This document shows positions 35,964 to 49,136 of a stretch of 64,000 nt of DNA, piece by piece. The stretch lies in assembly GCA_024704765.1 (NCBI GenBank), contig JAKMXF010000044.1:883082-947081 (forward strand), in the 5' to 3' direction. Each line of letters opens with the position of its first letter. Within the stretch, counting starts at the first letter, position 1. Below the pieces are notes generated by a model, which saw only the letters and a list, made by a program, of their open reading frames with translations, was not told where the DNA came from and did not search any database. Both the position numbers and the translations under genes were made by a program. Source of the DNA: Oopsacas minuta (taxonomy: Eukaryota; Animalia; Porifera).

Positions 35964-38196
35964 ATTGTATAATATTCTTCTACAGTTAAACTATATTATC
36001 AATGCAATGAGGTATTTGTAGACCGTCTATAAACTCCCATAGGACATAATACAAATTTTGTAGACTGATAATTACCCACATCAACAAATGGTACTCGACC
36101 CACTCAGCATCACACTCAACTTTTTAATATCTCTTCGGGTCAACACTACACAAATAGACGGTCTATAAATAAGCTTATTCATTATCAATATACCAGTGGC
36201 TTAGTATCAATTCTGTACGTAGTAAAAGCAACCATTACAAACGCTGAAACAAATCTTGAGAATATACCTAGAAGTGTATTATTATATTGCTTCTGCACAG
36301 ACAAGAGTGTAGCTGATAAAGGGATCAATTAGTATAAATATTACCAGAAAATATAGAAATTTTGTGTGTGGTTTCTTATTCCAAATAGAGAAATTTCAGA
36401 ATAACCAACAAAATTGTTATGATACGATTACTTATGATGTAATAATCATATACGTAACACTGCAGCAGCAATTATTGATTCTTAGTCTGCTAACTAGCAA
36501 CTGAGGGAAGTTGACTGTTTTAGAGTCTAAACTAATTGGAGCATGCTGATTCCAAATCTGAAATCCAACATATCACGTCACAATTTGATAATATGCAATT
36601 TGCAATACATATTGCTAAACGTATCTCAGTATATTCAGTCATACGAATTTATTAATGGATTTTTCTAAACAGCAACCCCATGACACGTCACTAAATAGGT
36701 TGCTGGTTAGAAAGATCATTTATTAAATTTTTTAGCAATTTTACAAATTTTCAAGTTACGTGTTGAATATTATGACATGATCCATGAAATATATCGGACA
36801 CTTCAAATTCGGATTCAGCACTCCAACATTAGACTAAAGCCGCTTCACAACACGAGGTACAAAAAATTGTGTTGCCCAGTGTATTTTAAATATTACGTAA
36901 CTAGTAAGCCATACACGATACAACATTGTTGCATGTAAATTTGTTTTTGGGAATTTAGAGGGAAATTTAGTTGCATTATGTATGGTAAGAGTTGCATGCA
37001 ACAATATTGCAACCAATTTGTTGAATGGAAATAGGAACATAATCTAATTATCGGCAAAATGTTGCATGAAATTTATATTTTCATTTAACATTGGTACAGG
37101 GCGTAGATTTCCTTTGTTGCAAGCGTATGTAACAAATCTATGGCAAGCGTTACAACGAGAAATATAACTAGGAGAATCAGCTGATACATGGGCCGGCTAA
37201 TCGGTACTAACTTATACTTACTACTCTAATATTAATAGGTAACTTACGGAGTCACTAGGTCTATACAGAGAAACGAGTGAATTATTCCCAATCGGCCTAC
37301 TCCCATGTTATTTTAGTAAAATTTCTGCCAATTAGAAGTATAAATATTAAAATATATGTAGATTGAGAATAAAACATCCTTTAATCTATAACAAAAATTA
37401 TTTCATGACGAGTAGGAGAATTGACACAAATTTCTAATTTGTAGGCGAATTGCGAATATCCACATATACAGTAAGGACGGATCGGATGCAGAAGGTAAAA
37501 AATCTTTTGCAAACAGAAAGGCTTAACCACTGGAAATAGTGTATGCAAACACTGAATAGCGTTACATACCAGAACGCTCTGCAATCGTTCGTAAATCTAG
37601 AAATTAAGTTTTTTCAGATCGCTGTTAATATTTCAGATACATATTAAGATCTCTTAGCAATCACCTTGACTTGCATATTGGATAGAGAGTACTGGGTCAA
37701 AGAATAATTTTGAATGCAATTCACTTCCACGTGTCTATACGCCGTTCGCGGTTGCGACTACTCGGGATGATAATTTGTGTTTTGCTTTGTTGTTCGGGAA
37801 TCATTCCATCGACTATTCGCGCGCTTTACCCTACACACATCAGCAATTTGATAGGACATTCCTAAATATTTCCTATATTTTCTATTACCATCACATGTAT
37901 TGAGTTTGTATTTTCCCCATTAGCATTATATATATCATGTAACTCACTACTTCAAATATTGTAGTTTTTATGTGTTTACAGGAACGTAACCCCCTCGAAC
38001 GGCGAGGGATACCTGTATTCTATGCGGGAAGATACATCTGTATAATTATATATATTTAATAACAACTGATAAGTAGATCTAGATTCTACATAACAAGAAC
38101 AGATTACTAATTACACATAATAAGTAACTGCAGAAATAAGTCTACTCCAGATCCTGGTCATTATGCACCCGTATTCATTCGAGTAATGACGTCACG

Positions 38197-39225
38197 TTAT
38201 GTTTGTCCTACCTCTCTTCTAATCTGACTGAGCTCCATCAAGAAGCTACTAATAGACTGGTAGTAGCCCGGACATTGCCAGGTAGTATTGTGTGTACCTC
38301 GTAAGAACTGTTTCATGATTTTGTGATCAGATGGACAAGTATGGAATAATGTGTTCATCATAGCTGGTGGTATCAGGGTGTCAGATTGACCTGATAGGAA
38401 TAGGAAAGGGGCATGTACTCTCTCTATCTTCCCTAAACTCTCATATTTATTTTTAAACAGAATCCTAGGTATATAATAGAGAGGGGAGAACAGCTTAGCA
38501 CTGATATCCATAATACTAGTGAATGTATTTTCTACTATAATACCAGCTATATGACTTCTGTATTGAGGCTGACAAGCTAGATCGATAGCTACTGCTCCTC
38601 CTAGAGATCTCCCGAACAGTACGATCTTCTGATTATCTATATCTCTCCTCTCCACCAAATAGTCAAGGGCAGCTTGACTGTCCAGATAGAATCCGTGCTC
38701 GTATGGATAACCTTGACTCTTACCATATCCTCTATATTCCACTAACAATACGTTACATTTGACCTGATTATATAGACCGTGTACATTAGCTAGTCGGTGT
38801 CCTATATTACCTGCATTACCGTGGAATATAACCATAGTATGCATCTTAGAGCAGAGAGGGGCAGGCTGAGCCATGAAATAGGCGTTGATCAGTAGGCCGT
38901 CTCTTGTGGGGATACTCAGATCTTCAAACGGGAGGTTATAAGTGGTGGGTCTCATTATGAAGAGACGAGATGTCTCTGGTTCTTCTGGGTAGTAGAGCAA
39001 GTTGTCTTGTATTTGGTAGACAACACCCACTAACACAAATATTAGCAACAGAAAGAAGAACCATCCCCCCTGGGTCCAGTAGAGGAGTACACAGGTTAGA
39101 ACAGCTAGACTACACCCCCTCCAGCCCTGAGACAAGTAGTGAATCAGTGCATGTGTTTGTGGAAACTCTGAAATAGATAGAGACGATAGATGGAGGATAC
39201 CAGGTAGGTTTCTAAGCAAATACAT
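38197..39225 (-). CDS. ABHD13: Alpha/beta hydrolase domain protein 13
   Basis: TM segment then QDNLLYYPEEP, FHGNAGNIGHRL, EYRGYGKS, LFGRSLGGAVA, IVENTFTSI. Likely start is ATG 39225; the frame is open to 39303. Confidence 0.93.
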   Translation of the reverse strand: MYLLRNLPGILHLSSLSISEFPQTHALIHYLSQGWRGCSLAVLTCVLLYWTQGGWFFFLLLIFVLVGVVYQIQDNLLYYPEEPETSRLFIMRPTTYNLPFEDLSIPTRDGLLINAYFMAQPAPLCSKMHTMVIFHGNAGNIGHRLANVHGLYNQVKCNVLLVEYRGYGKSQGYPYEHGFYLDSQAALDYLVERRDIDNQKIVLFGRSLGGAVAIDLACQPQYRSHIAGIIVENTFTSIMDISAKLFSPLYYIPRILFKNKYESLGKIERVHAPFLFLSGQSDTLIPPAMMNTLFHTCPSDHKIMKQFLRGTHNTTWQCPGYYQSISSFLMELSQIRREVGQT

Positions 39226-39303
39226 ACTGGAGATAGGAATGTAAATTACAGGAGTATATACAGTTACACAAAAAGAAATCAATAACTCAAACATATTTAT
39301 CAA

Positions 39304-40215
39304 TCAATCAATCTTCTCAAATGAAATAATCCATAATTGCAAGTACTCATTTCTTTCATACTCAATATTCTGTATATGCTCTAGTTTAATTCTATCCCAG
39401 GTAATTATGACCTGTGAGAGTTTGTTGCGTAACTCTTCTAATCTCAGGAATAGTACGTCATAAGGCCCACTACATGCAGATAGCGTAGAGATTGAAAAGT
39501 TAATTCTTTTCTCCAAGCTCAAATATAGCTTAACATTACGAGACATTAATGTATCAGAAATTAACTTATAAATACAGTAAATAAAATCCTCAACTCCTTC
39601 AGTATCATAAATAGTATCACAAGCAAGGATTACGTCACTCTTAGCAAGAAGCTCTATCTGGGAAGCATTAAACACGAATTCTTTGAGGGGAGATTGGTCT
39701 TCTAAAGGTGGGCAAATCCCTCTCTTCCAATCTAACAAACCTACATACACTTTAGCATGAGAATGTACTGATAGGTTATATTCTATATTATATCTACACT
39801 GACATAATACTGGAGCTGAGTTATCAGTAGCAAACACTACAGAGGCGAGATGAGCTGCTGTGACAGATGTCAAACCAGTTCCTGATCCTAACTCAAGAAC
39901 TACATGCTCCTGGATAGAGATAGGATTACTGAGTAAGTAATCACACATTATAATACTTCCATTCCACACCTGTAGTCCTGCTAGAGAGAGAGGTGATGAG
40001 TTACTGTGACAGATTGTGACAGCAAGGTTGTAGCGAATATCTCTTCTAGATACGTCTAAATCTCCATCTTTATCAATACAGGAATTCTTATGATTAGAAT
40101 ATTGATTTTCTAGACAAGATAAATTTAGTAAGAATCTAGTCTTGTTAAGGTTATTTGTATCATACTCTTCTGGTACTGTATGTACTTCTGAAGAACATAT
40201 AACTTCATCTGACAT
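39304..40215 (-). CDS. METTL22: METTL22-like protein lysine methyltransferase
   Basis: DKDGDLDVSRR, GLQVWNGSIIMCDYLL, VLELGSGTGL, VILACDTIYD. Confidence 0.85.
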   Translation of the reverse strand: MSDEVICSSEVHTVPEEYDTNNLNKTRFLLNLSCLENQYSNHKNSCIDKDGDLDVSRRDIRYNLAVTICHSNSSPLSLAGLQVWNGSIIMCDYLLSNPISIQEHVVLELGSGTGLTSVTAAHLASVVFATDNSAPVLCQCRYNIEYNLSVHSHAKVYVGLLDWKRGICPPLEDQSPLKEFVFNASQIELLAKSDVILACDTIYDTEGVEDFIYCIYKLISDTLMSRNVKLYLSLEKRINFSISTLSACSGPYDVLFLRLEELRNKLSQVIITWDRIKLEHIQNIEYERNEYLQLWIISFEKID

Positions 40216-40718
40216 CTGAAGTATTACTTATATGTCAGTTTCCTGCAATATCTAGTAACCGATAAAAGATTGTCAACCGTCTTAGACAGAGTCTACAATA
40301 ATATAGTAGAAATGGTCCCTGAATGGAATACGAACAGTAGAACCTTTCTGATCCGAGACTTAAGAGTTGAATCGGATTCAATTTTTAGAAACCCGGAACC
40401 AAAACTGAATTTAATCATATAAATTTTGCAAAGAATTTGTAACTGAACCCGCCGGGATTACAGTGGGTGGATTATGCAAGTTCACTGTATTTCTGGAGAA
40501 CATATAACTTTAGCTGACATTTCGATTTCTATCTTGACTAGTAGTGGGCGGGCTGTCTGTCTGACTGACTGGTACATATACACTTAACAAAATAAATAAC
40601 CTCTTTCTCACTTAATATAACGTTCGGAATAATTAAACAGAAATAATATCTGAACAATGCAATAATAAGAATAATACACACATACACATACATAGTATTG
40701 TTATATATAACATTCATA

Positions 40719-41186
40719 TCATAAGTTCTCCATTCTATTCCTCAACCATTGAGAAGAAACAAACCAATATCTACCTGGCCAGAATATAAACCTCCCTATC
40801 CAACTCACCTGTCTCTTTGGTGAAATCACATGTAAGTGAAGGTGTGATTGTGTACAGAAAGGAGGCCAATGGAATCCCATAATTACTTCATCCTCTTCTA
40901 CAGAGCCTCCCAATTGTTGGACGGTCTGGAGTCCAGATTGTTCCATACGAGTGAGGAGAGGGAGCTGATCTCTTCTGAGGCGTGAAGAGTCGGGGAGGTG
41001 CTGCTTAGGAATTACTAGTATATGGTAAGTAGAAGCTGGACGTATGTCTCTTATACAAAATACTTCCTCGTCAGAGAAGAGTATTTCACCAGGAGAGGTT
41101 CCATGTAGGATTCTACAGAACACACAACTATCATTCCCACTTGCTGTATCTATGCTGGAAGCAGACGAAATATCCTCTTTAGCCAT
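40719..41186 (-). CDS. HINT3: Histidine triad nucleotide-binding protein 3
   Basis: CVFCRI, DIRPAS.YHILVIPKQH, MGFHWPPFCTQSHLHLHVISP. Confidence 0.92.
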   Translation of the reverse strand: MAKEDISSASSIDTASGNDSCVFCRILHGTSPGEILFSDEEVFCIRDIRPASTYHILVIPKQHLPDSSRLRRDQLPLLTRMEQSGLQTVQQLGGSVEEDEVIMGFHWPPFCTQSHLHLHVISPKRQVSWIGRFIFWPGRYWFVSSQWLRNRMENL

Positions 41187-41399
41187 TCTATTGTATTATT
41201 CTATAATCAATAAATGCCTAGGAAATGGCAAAATGCACAATTTTAACATATAGTAATCCATAACATACCTAAACGGTACACCATAGAATATACGATGTTG
41301 CATTTGTTGCATGCAACTAATTTTCACTCAAGATTCAAACAAACAAGTCGCTCTAACAAAATTGATCGTATATGGTAGACTTAAGAGACTGTGTCATGG

Positions 41400-41634
41400 G
41401 CCAAGATTTTCAAACCATAACAAATGTAAATAATTTAATTAATTACACATGTAGGTTTTAATTATAAAATAATTTAAACCTACATGTGTAATTAATTAAA
41501 TTATTTTTCTCATCTGCGGACCACCTCTGGTCCAATTTATGGGGTCCGCGGACCCCATGGCCATTTAACATAATATAAAGTTTTTGGGTTGACGAACCAC
41601 CTAGGGGTCGCGGACCTCAGTTTAAGAATCACTG
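41400..41634. mobile_element. hAT-like non-autonomous fragment containing a 79 bp hairpin
   Basis: Right end GGGGTCGCGGACCTCAGTTTAAGAATCACTG; GCGGACC repeats; hairpin at 41428..41506. Left boundary uncertain. Confidence 0.5.
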
Positions 41635-42144
41635 ATATAAGGAATCCAGGATCCCTAATAATCAAATTTTCATATGTGAGTTACAAAGTTGATCTGGAAC
41701 AACAAATCTTAGCTTTGTCAGCAACAAATATTTACCTGAACCATAGCTTAAGCAAAGAACTTATACATAGCTTAATTAGCATTGCTGTGTTGAACCTACA
41801 GCTCCAAAGTATTAGATAACTTTTGGGCGTAAAATCTAATTACTAATTAATTAATTAATTAAATGTGTTCAGTTTTGTGATTCTCAATTTTCCCACGAAA
41901 TACATCATCAACACGAGCATCTAGCATCTTCAGGAGTATCACTACTCATATACTCGTAATCGTATCTTTGAGGCCCCATTGTTAAGAAGAATAAATAAAA
42001 TCATGAATATAAAATACACACCATCAGTTCTGAATATAGCTGGACAGTCACAAGAGCGTCTAAAATACTAATACTAATAGATTGTAGCTGAATAGTAGAA
42101 TAATAGCCAAACAATTAGAAAATTAACAAATAATCTAGCAGATA

Positions 42145-45100
42145 TCAATTGGGAGATGGAGTCTTTCTAGAATTTTGTTTCTTAGCGTAGAATGACTGCT
42201 TGAACCGCCCTGTAGTAATCAAATCGCCAAATCCCTTGTCATGAGAGAACGCGTAGCCAGTAGCATAACGGATAGCCTCTATGGGGGAGCGTTGTCTCCC
42301 TATCTTGTCACGGATAAATATGAGAGGTGTTTTCAGAGATCTATCTTTTGTCATTTCTTTCTGCACATCATCAGCTAAAGACGGGTTAATATCTCTGTAT
42401 AGGAATCTGAATGCCATCATAGGGAGTATGCAGACTGCAATAGCAAGACATGCATTTAGCCAGAATGTAGTATTAGCAAGCACGAGCTCTGCAGAATATA
42501 CAAACGGAAATCCATTGATCCAGTAAGGAGCGACTGAATAAAAGGGAAAAGATGTAACAATTAGTACATACGGGAACCACACCAATATGCTACCAATATT
42601 AACAATAAACGCTAGTATAGTCCAATACTCCATGTCGAATCCAATCTGAATATTCACAATAGCAGTTAGAGGAAATGTAATAGCTAAGAAGAAATAGAAT
42701 GAAGTGTCAGTCTCCCAACCAGTTCCCTGATAGATATTGTAATAGAAAGATCCAAAACAGATGAAGAATATCACCAGAGAGACTATAGCTCCTTTCAACA
42801 GAGCAAAGAAGAATGAATATTTATTGAACAATATCCCCTTCTGTCCAGCTATGTATAGCCGTGGATATTTGAGTAGATACTGGTCTGTCACATCTTGATC
42901 AGTTATCCCCATCAGTATAACAGGTATTGACGTGAATAATACGTTATAGAGAGCTATGTAGTAAGGCTCGAATACTGCGTTAGCTGAGAACCCATTGAAG
43001 AACCCGTACCACACATGACACCAAGTAAATGCAAAGTTTTTATAAAAGAAATATCTGAGAAATTTAGCCATTCGAAGATAGGACCATCTCCCGTGTACCA
43101 GTAACAATCGTTCTAGGAATCTGAACTGGGCGAATGAGAAGTCACTCACCAGGACAGCTTGCTGACCTTCTCTTCCACTTATCCCCACACCAATATGAGC
43201 AGATTGTATCATACCTACGTCATTAGCCCCGTCTCCTATAGCTAGTGTGATAACATTCTTCGCATTCTTAACCAGTGTTACAATGGTAGCTTTCTGTAAA
43301 GGTGTAACTCTACAACAAATGACAGCTTGACATAATGACGCTACTTCGAGGAATAATTTAGATAGCTTTCTGTCCAGTGCAAACTTGAGACTAGCCCCAC
43401 TGATTACAAATCCAAACTTATTAGACTTATTCTTACCAGCAGAATGTAGATCTGCTAATGCGGTCTTAAGCTCGTCCTCTACTTCATCAAATGATGTACC
43501 TTCTATAATGAATATATTTTTCATATCGTTATTCAGTATATGTGCGGAGTATCCAATATTAATAGCTGTCTCCTGCTTGTCACCTGTCAATACCCAGAGT
43601 TTGATGTTAGCCTCTGCTAAGCTAGCAATCGTCTCGGGTACACCGTCCTGTAGCTTATCCTCTATAGCAGTTGCACCTAACAACACCAGGTTCTGTTCAA
43701 TCAGTTCATATACCTCACTTAGTTTATCATCCCTGTTCTCAAGAGAGAGGTTTGCTTGTGTGTGTGCTTCATTCCATTCCTCAAACTCTTTTTGTGTCAA
43801 ATCTTTGTACGCAATCACAAGCGTTCTCAAACCATCTTTAGCAAAGAACTTCAACTGACGGGTGAGCTTTTCTCTCAATTCGTGAGAGTCATCACAAGTT
43901 CTCTCGAAAAGAACATTATCTGCTCCCTTGCAGTACAGTCTTATTCCTCCATTAGGAAGACGAACAATTACAGACATTCTCTTTCTAACATTATCGAAAT
44001 CTAGGATAGCTAATACTTCTAGCATCTCAACTTCGTATTCTTGGGTCACCGAATTATACACCTATACATAACATTATGTTATATTGGATACCGGTTATAA
44101 GAACAATCTCCTGGTAATAGGTTCACATATACAGTAGTTCTTACTCAAATAAGAACTCGGGTTAAGACGTACACTCGGTTAATATGTACTAATTATTGTT
44201 TCCACAAGGGGTATGCTTATGCCAGTTCCACTGTATCTACGCCGTTAAAGGAACATATCAGCAATTAAGACAATGGGTTATGTAAGAATATACGTATTAT
44301 ACTATTAACCAATAACTGGTACAACATAACTACATACTATATTTAACTCTCATTATATCGAACCTCGAGGGACCGCGATAATACTTCGATACAAACGATG
44401 AAATCTATTTACCTTGATTGTTGTACCATTTCAGACTTCGATATATCCGTGTTTGATTTAACGCGAGTAGACTGTAACTAGAAAATATAATAATATAGTA
44501 AACATACCTTTATAGAGATAGAATTAGAACTTCTTTCTGCGAAAACAATCCCTAAATTCCTAGCAGCTGTAACCAGAGCTTCCTCGTCAGGTGACTGTGC
44601 GTTGTATGACAGTTTGTCTATATCCCCATCAGCCTCAGGAAGTATAGTGTGACAAATCGCAAGAGCAAAGAAGAAATCTAGTACTTGTTGATCCTTGTTG
44701 TGTAACACATCCACAAGAGTCTGATCATGGAAGGGCTTGGCTGGATCATGATACTCATTCCATGAAAAATCCACCTTCTTGTATCTAGGGGGTGTGGGAG
44801 GTAGTTCTAAGCCTAGGTCATCCCCTGAAGTTTTGTAATCTTCATCAAAGTCACTTTCTAGAAATCCGTACATTTTCCCTGCAATAGAGCACTTAACCAT
44901 AGTCATTATATTCTCTGTTAGTGTGCCTGTCTTGTCTGAGAACACATACTCAATATTGCCTAGCTCTTCAGAGAGTGTGGTAGTGCGAGCACGTGCCCTA
45001 GTGTCTAGCTTCTTGTAGTAGAGCTTGTGATCGAAGCTGATAAGGTAGCTCTGTCCCAGACGTATGAACTCAATAGATACGTATAGAGATATGGGTATGA

Positions 45101-47048
45101 ATGTGTTCAGGATTATAAGATTACTGAAAAAGTTCAGGAACGAAGTGAATGCGGTGTGTACTACAGCAAGATCTATGACAGATTGATCATACGGTAGGTA
45201 ACCAGATGCATCGAAATATTGACCATACAGCCACTCCCATACTCCATTCCCTATAGTTACCAGTGATACTGTCACCAGTAGTATAATACAGATGGCAAAC
45301 ACGTAGTAGTTAGTAGCTCTGTCTAGTCGAGTGCGTTTATAGTGTCTCTTGCCTGAATTCTGATGTACTTTAGTATCTGGACCTGTGTATAGGAATACGA
45401 ATGATTATTATTGATACACTAACAATGTAGTCAGCTAAATAGAACCAAACAACCTCGATCATTACCAATACTGGGTATAAGTAATCGAGTTAAATGGAAC
45501 TGAATAATGACTATTTTATCAAATATGAAATTACAGTAGGCCCTTGATTATCCGTCACCCCGGTTATCAGAACAGCAGGAAGTTTTATTTGGAAATTGTG
45601 AATATTTTATTTCATGAGGTAGTTTCAGACCACTTTAGTATTAGTTTTTCGGCGATGTGATAATTTGAGGCTCATATTGGTATAAATATGCAGTCAAATA
45701 TCCCAAATTACAAATCTAATTTTCGTATATTCCTGAGCAGTGTTTGATTTATGAAAATATTCTATTAAATTTATCCGAACACCATACAGAAACTTGAAAG
45801 TAAAGGACTAAAGGTATTAGAATAACCGGGGGGTGTATTGATACCTGCAAACACAACAAGTCCGTTAACCCATCTCGTATTACGGACTCTACAACCTCTT
45901 AATAGAACATTATCGTCATTGAATGCATAATACTTAGATTCTTGATCTCCATCTTTCCTCCACTCGAAGTAGCCCTGGAATTTGCTTAACACGTTGTTAG
46001 GAGGTTCTGTTGTGAATTCGCCATCAAACTTAGAGAGGAGATTTTCATTGTCTTCTATCTCAGCTGTTTCAATAAGAGCCTAATACAGCAAGGTTACATG
46101 ACGTCATAATGCTGCACATTAAATAATACAATATACTCACCGATTTGACCTTGAGGTTAGTCTCCCCGTCAAGCTCAGCTGTTTCAATATAACAGAGACT
46201 ATTAGGCTCACTGGATGAGATTATAAACAGATCGGCTGGTATAAAGTCATCTCGATTCAACTTGATGATGTCGCCAACTATCACATGTTTCCATTTCTTG
46301 TGCACAAAGGTCCCAGTTGCTGGACCAAGTGCCCCGTCTCCATAGGTCTCTCGTGTAACTTGTAGTACCTATAGAGTATCAGATAATTATCATAAGGATA
46401 TACTTAAACAGCAACTCCTGTTATATCAAACACTGATATATCGTGTTACATCGAAGTCTAACACTGTATACAACTAAGGCCCAAAACCGTCAAAGTAACA
46501 TCAATTTAATTGGTTACATCGAAGTAAGGATCACGGTCCCTTGAGCTTCGATAAAACGGGAGCCGACTATACTTATACCATCTGATACAAACCTTGACTA
46601 ATCTGTTGTTAATTTTGTAATCGCTGATATGTCTGAATAGGTCATCAACTCCATCCTTTATTAGAGTAGTGCCGAGCACGAATAAGAGAGGAAGAATAGT
46701 AGTGATTGGTGTTAGCGAGCTGATTTGAGGGATAAGCTGTAATATCAGTAGAAGTGTAAAGTAGATATTAGCTACACGCTGAAATTGCTCAAACAAGTTC
46801 TTAGGAAGGAATGTAATAATGTTGTAACGAGATGTAGATATAGAGTTTTCAAAATAGTTCCATCTTCTGTTATAGACAGAGTCATTAGCTCTTATGTGTC
46901 TATGATGGTACATGGGTCTTTTACCTAGTATCCATAGCAGAGGGTTCATCCGTTTTGGAACCTCAGCTTCCGCCTCTCCCCTCTCATCCTCGTTCTCTAC
47001 CACCGGCTCATCAGCCGTTATGGTTTCATTAGTGTTTAATTCAGCCAT
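42145..47048 (-). CDS. P4-type phospholipid-transporting ATPase, ATP8B class, 5 exons, ~1236 aa
   Basis: Exons 47048-46593, 46368-46141, 46079-45845, 45382-44508, 44061-42145 in frame. [47 protein letters not shown]. Confidence 0.93.
44132..44233. mobile_element. Degenerate CAGTAGAACTCGG-family MITE in an ATP8B intron
   Basis: TA|CAGTAG...AACTCGGGTTAAGACGTAC...GCCAGTTCCACTG|TA. Confidence 0.6.
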
Positions 47049-47726
47049 ACAACACCACAACAACTAACAATACCTAATTGTTCTCTATTTGATTATATAT
47101 GGAAACAAGCATATAGCAGCATGTTTGAATTAGTCAAGGTGTTCAGGCTTGTGAAAAGGTCACCTTAAATGACCCTAAAGTGACCTGATTAATCTTGATA
47201 CCTGATAGGTATGAAATATTTTTCACGGTGACCTGACCTGACTATGTAGGAAAGGTTGATGCAATTTACCAATTAATATTAACTATTAATTGTTCAATAG
47301 TTTGTACCGTGGAATCTTCTATAAGTAAATTAAATATAGATATATATTTGTACGTACTAGTTACTCAATTCAAACCTTTTAGGGTTGAGAAATAAATTGA
47401 ATCATTAGTTTATACTTTATAGAATACTGCTAATGTATTGAGAACCTATTGAAAATTTTACAGAATCCATGGAAGATAATTATTTATGGCAAAAGTAGAG
47501 ATCATATGATATGTCATAACTAATCTGGTAACTATTATTGAATAAAGTAGATTCATACTAATGGCCATTCCTTACAAACCTTACTAACTAATTGTAACGA
47601 TTTTCGGACAAGTGTTTCGTGGAAATAGGGAGAGGAGGAGCCTAAATAATTCCCTGAACTTCCATTATTACTATATGGTACCCCAGTATAGTAACAAGCG
47701 AAATATTATTCCAGGGTTCTGAATCA

Positions 47727-48273
47727 GTGTCACAGTGATTAGTGTCCTCCGAACATTATTCCGAAGTGTGTAATGCATACTCACTAGCCCCCTGTAACTG
47801 TTTCCCAGGATATTTTCTAGAAATCTCAGGATTTTCAAATATTAAATGTATATAATATAAAAATGTCAGAAATATCCAATATTTTCCCTGGATTTAGCAA
47901 TTCCCCCCTGGTTCATATATCAAATACCTGGCTAACCCAGGACTCCATGAATGGTTGGCAATTATGACAATGTTCGGGGAACACAAATCCTTAGTGGATA
48001 ATGCTCGAGGGGAACCATATTCACTAGTGAATATGGGGGAACACTTTGTTAAACTAAATGTAACGCAGATACTAAGATTGTTAAATACAAAGCATATTCC
48101 ACTCAGCTCACAGGCAATGATATATACTCAATTTCGTATTCGAACAGTCCTAACTAAATACTTCAATTAACTTTGGTCGTAATAGTGAAACCTCTTGAAC
48201 TGTAACACACTATTCACTAGGGAATAATGTTCGGGGGGACACTATTCACGGGGAACACTATTCGCTCTGACAC
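47727..48273. mobile_element. MITE-like element with subterminal CACTATTCAC repeats
   Basis: GTGTCACAGTGATTAGTGT at the left versus ACACTATTCGCTCTGACAC at the right; CCGAACATTATTCC occurs at both ends in inverted orientation. Confidence 0.55.
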
Positions 48274-48754
48274 ATGAGTTATATGGCAATTCATAACAAA
48301 TATTTTCGTAGGGCAGGGTTCCACTAACTGGGTTATCCAGGCCTGATAGCTCAATGCAAATTATATTACATGTGTCAAGTAGTACTGATACACAATATAC
48401 ATCGAGTAAAATATTTCATCTCAATCTGAACAAATAGTTAAGAGTTCTGAAATATTCAAGAGATAATATTCCATACGTTTATACTTTGTACAAATACCAT
48501 TGCGTAAAGTTGCATAACCGGATGTAATAATGTCTGTTGTGTAACCATAACTGTGACCCGTAACAGGTCACAGGCGTAAGTGGCTTAGAAATTTGTAGTA
48601 CATGTTTGAGATAATTAAGAAATGACAGGGCTTTGAAAATAATATTTTTCTTGCCTAAAAATTGGAAAATTCAGATTTTGCATATATTGGGTTCTTATCT
48701 CTCTTGAGATAAGAGTAGAATGTGCAAACCCGCAGAATTATATCAAAGTAAATA

Positions 48755-48818
48755 CAGTAGAACTCGGATAAGAGGTACAAATTTATTTTTCCCAAGCCGA
48801 GGGTACATCCGAGTTCTA
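48755..48818. mobile_element. Short CAGTAGAACTCGG-family MITE
   Basis: TA|CAGTAGAACTCGGATAAG...ATCCGAGTTCTA. Confidence 0.65.
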
Positions 48819-49136
48819 TCAAGAGATAACTATAATGGAATTTCCTGTTTTCTGTATATGTATATGCATCTCCTCACATTTAACAAGTCATGCTGAAATG
48901 AGATACTAATGACTAGTAAGGAGCTAGGATATTGACCAACATAAATTAGTATTGATTAGAATTAAGATAATTATTAGTATATTTACAATAAAAGCAATCA
49001 GATATCCAAGTGAAAAGAACCTCCACTCACCAGACATGACCACAAACACTCAGCATTATAATTATAATAATTTGAGAATGTTATCATGCTGTTTAATTAG
49101 GTTATGTCGTTACGATTGGCTTGGAGAGAGGGTGCA

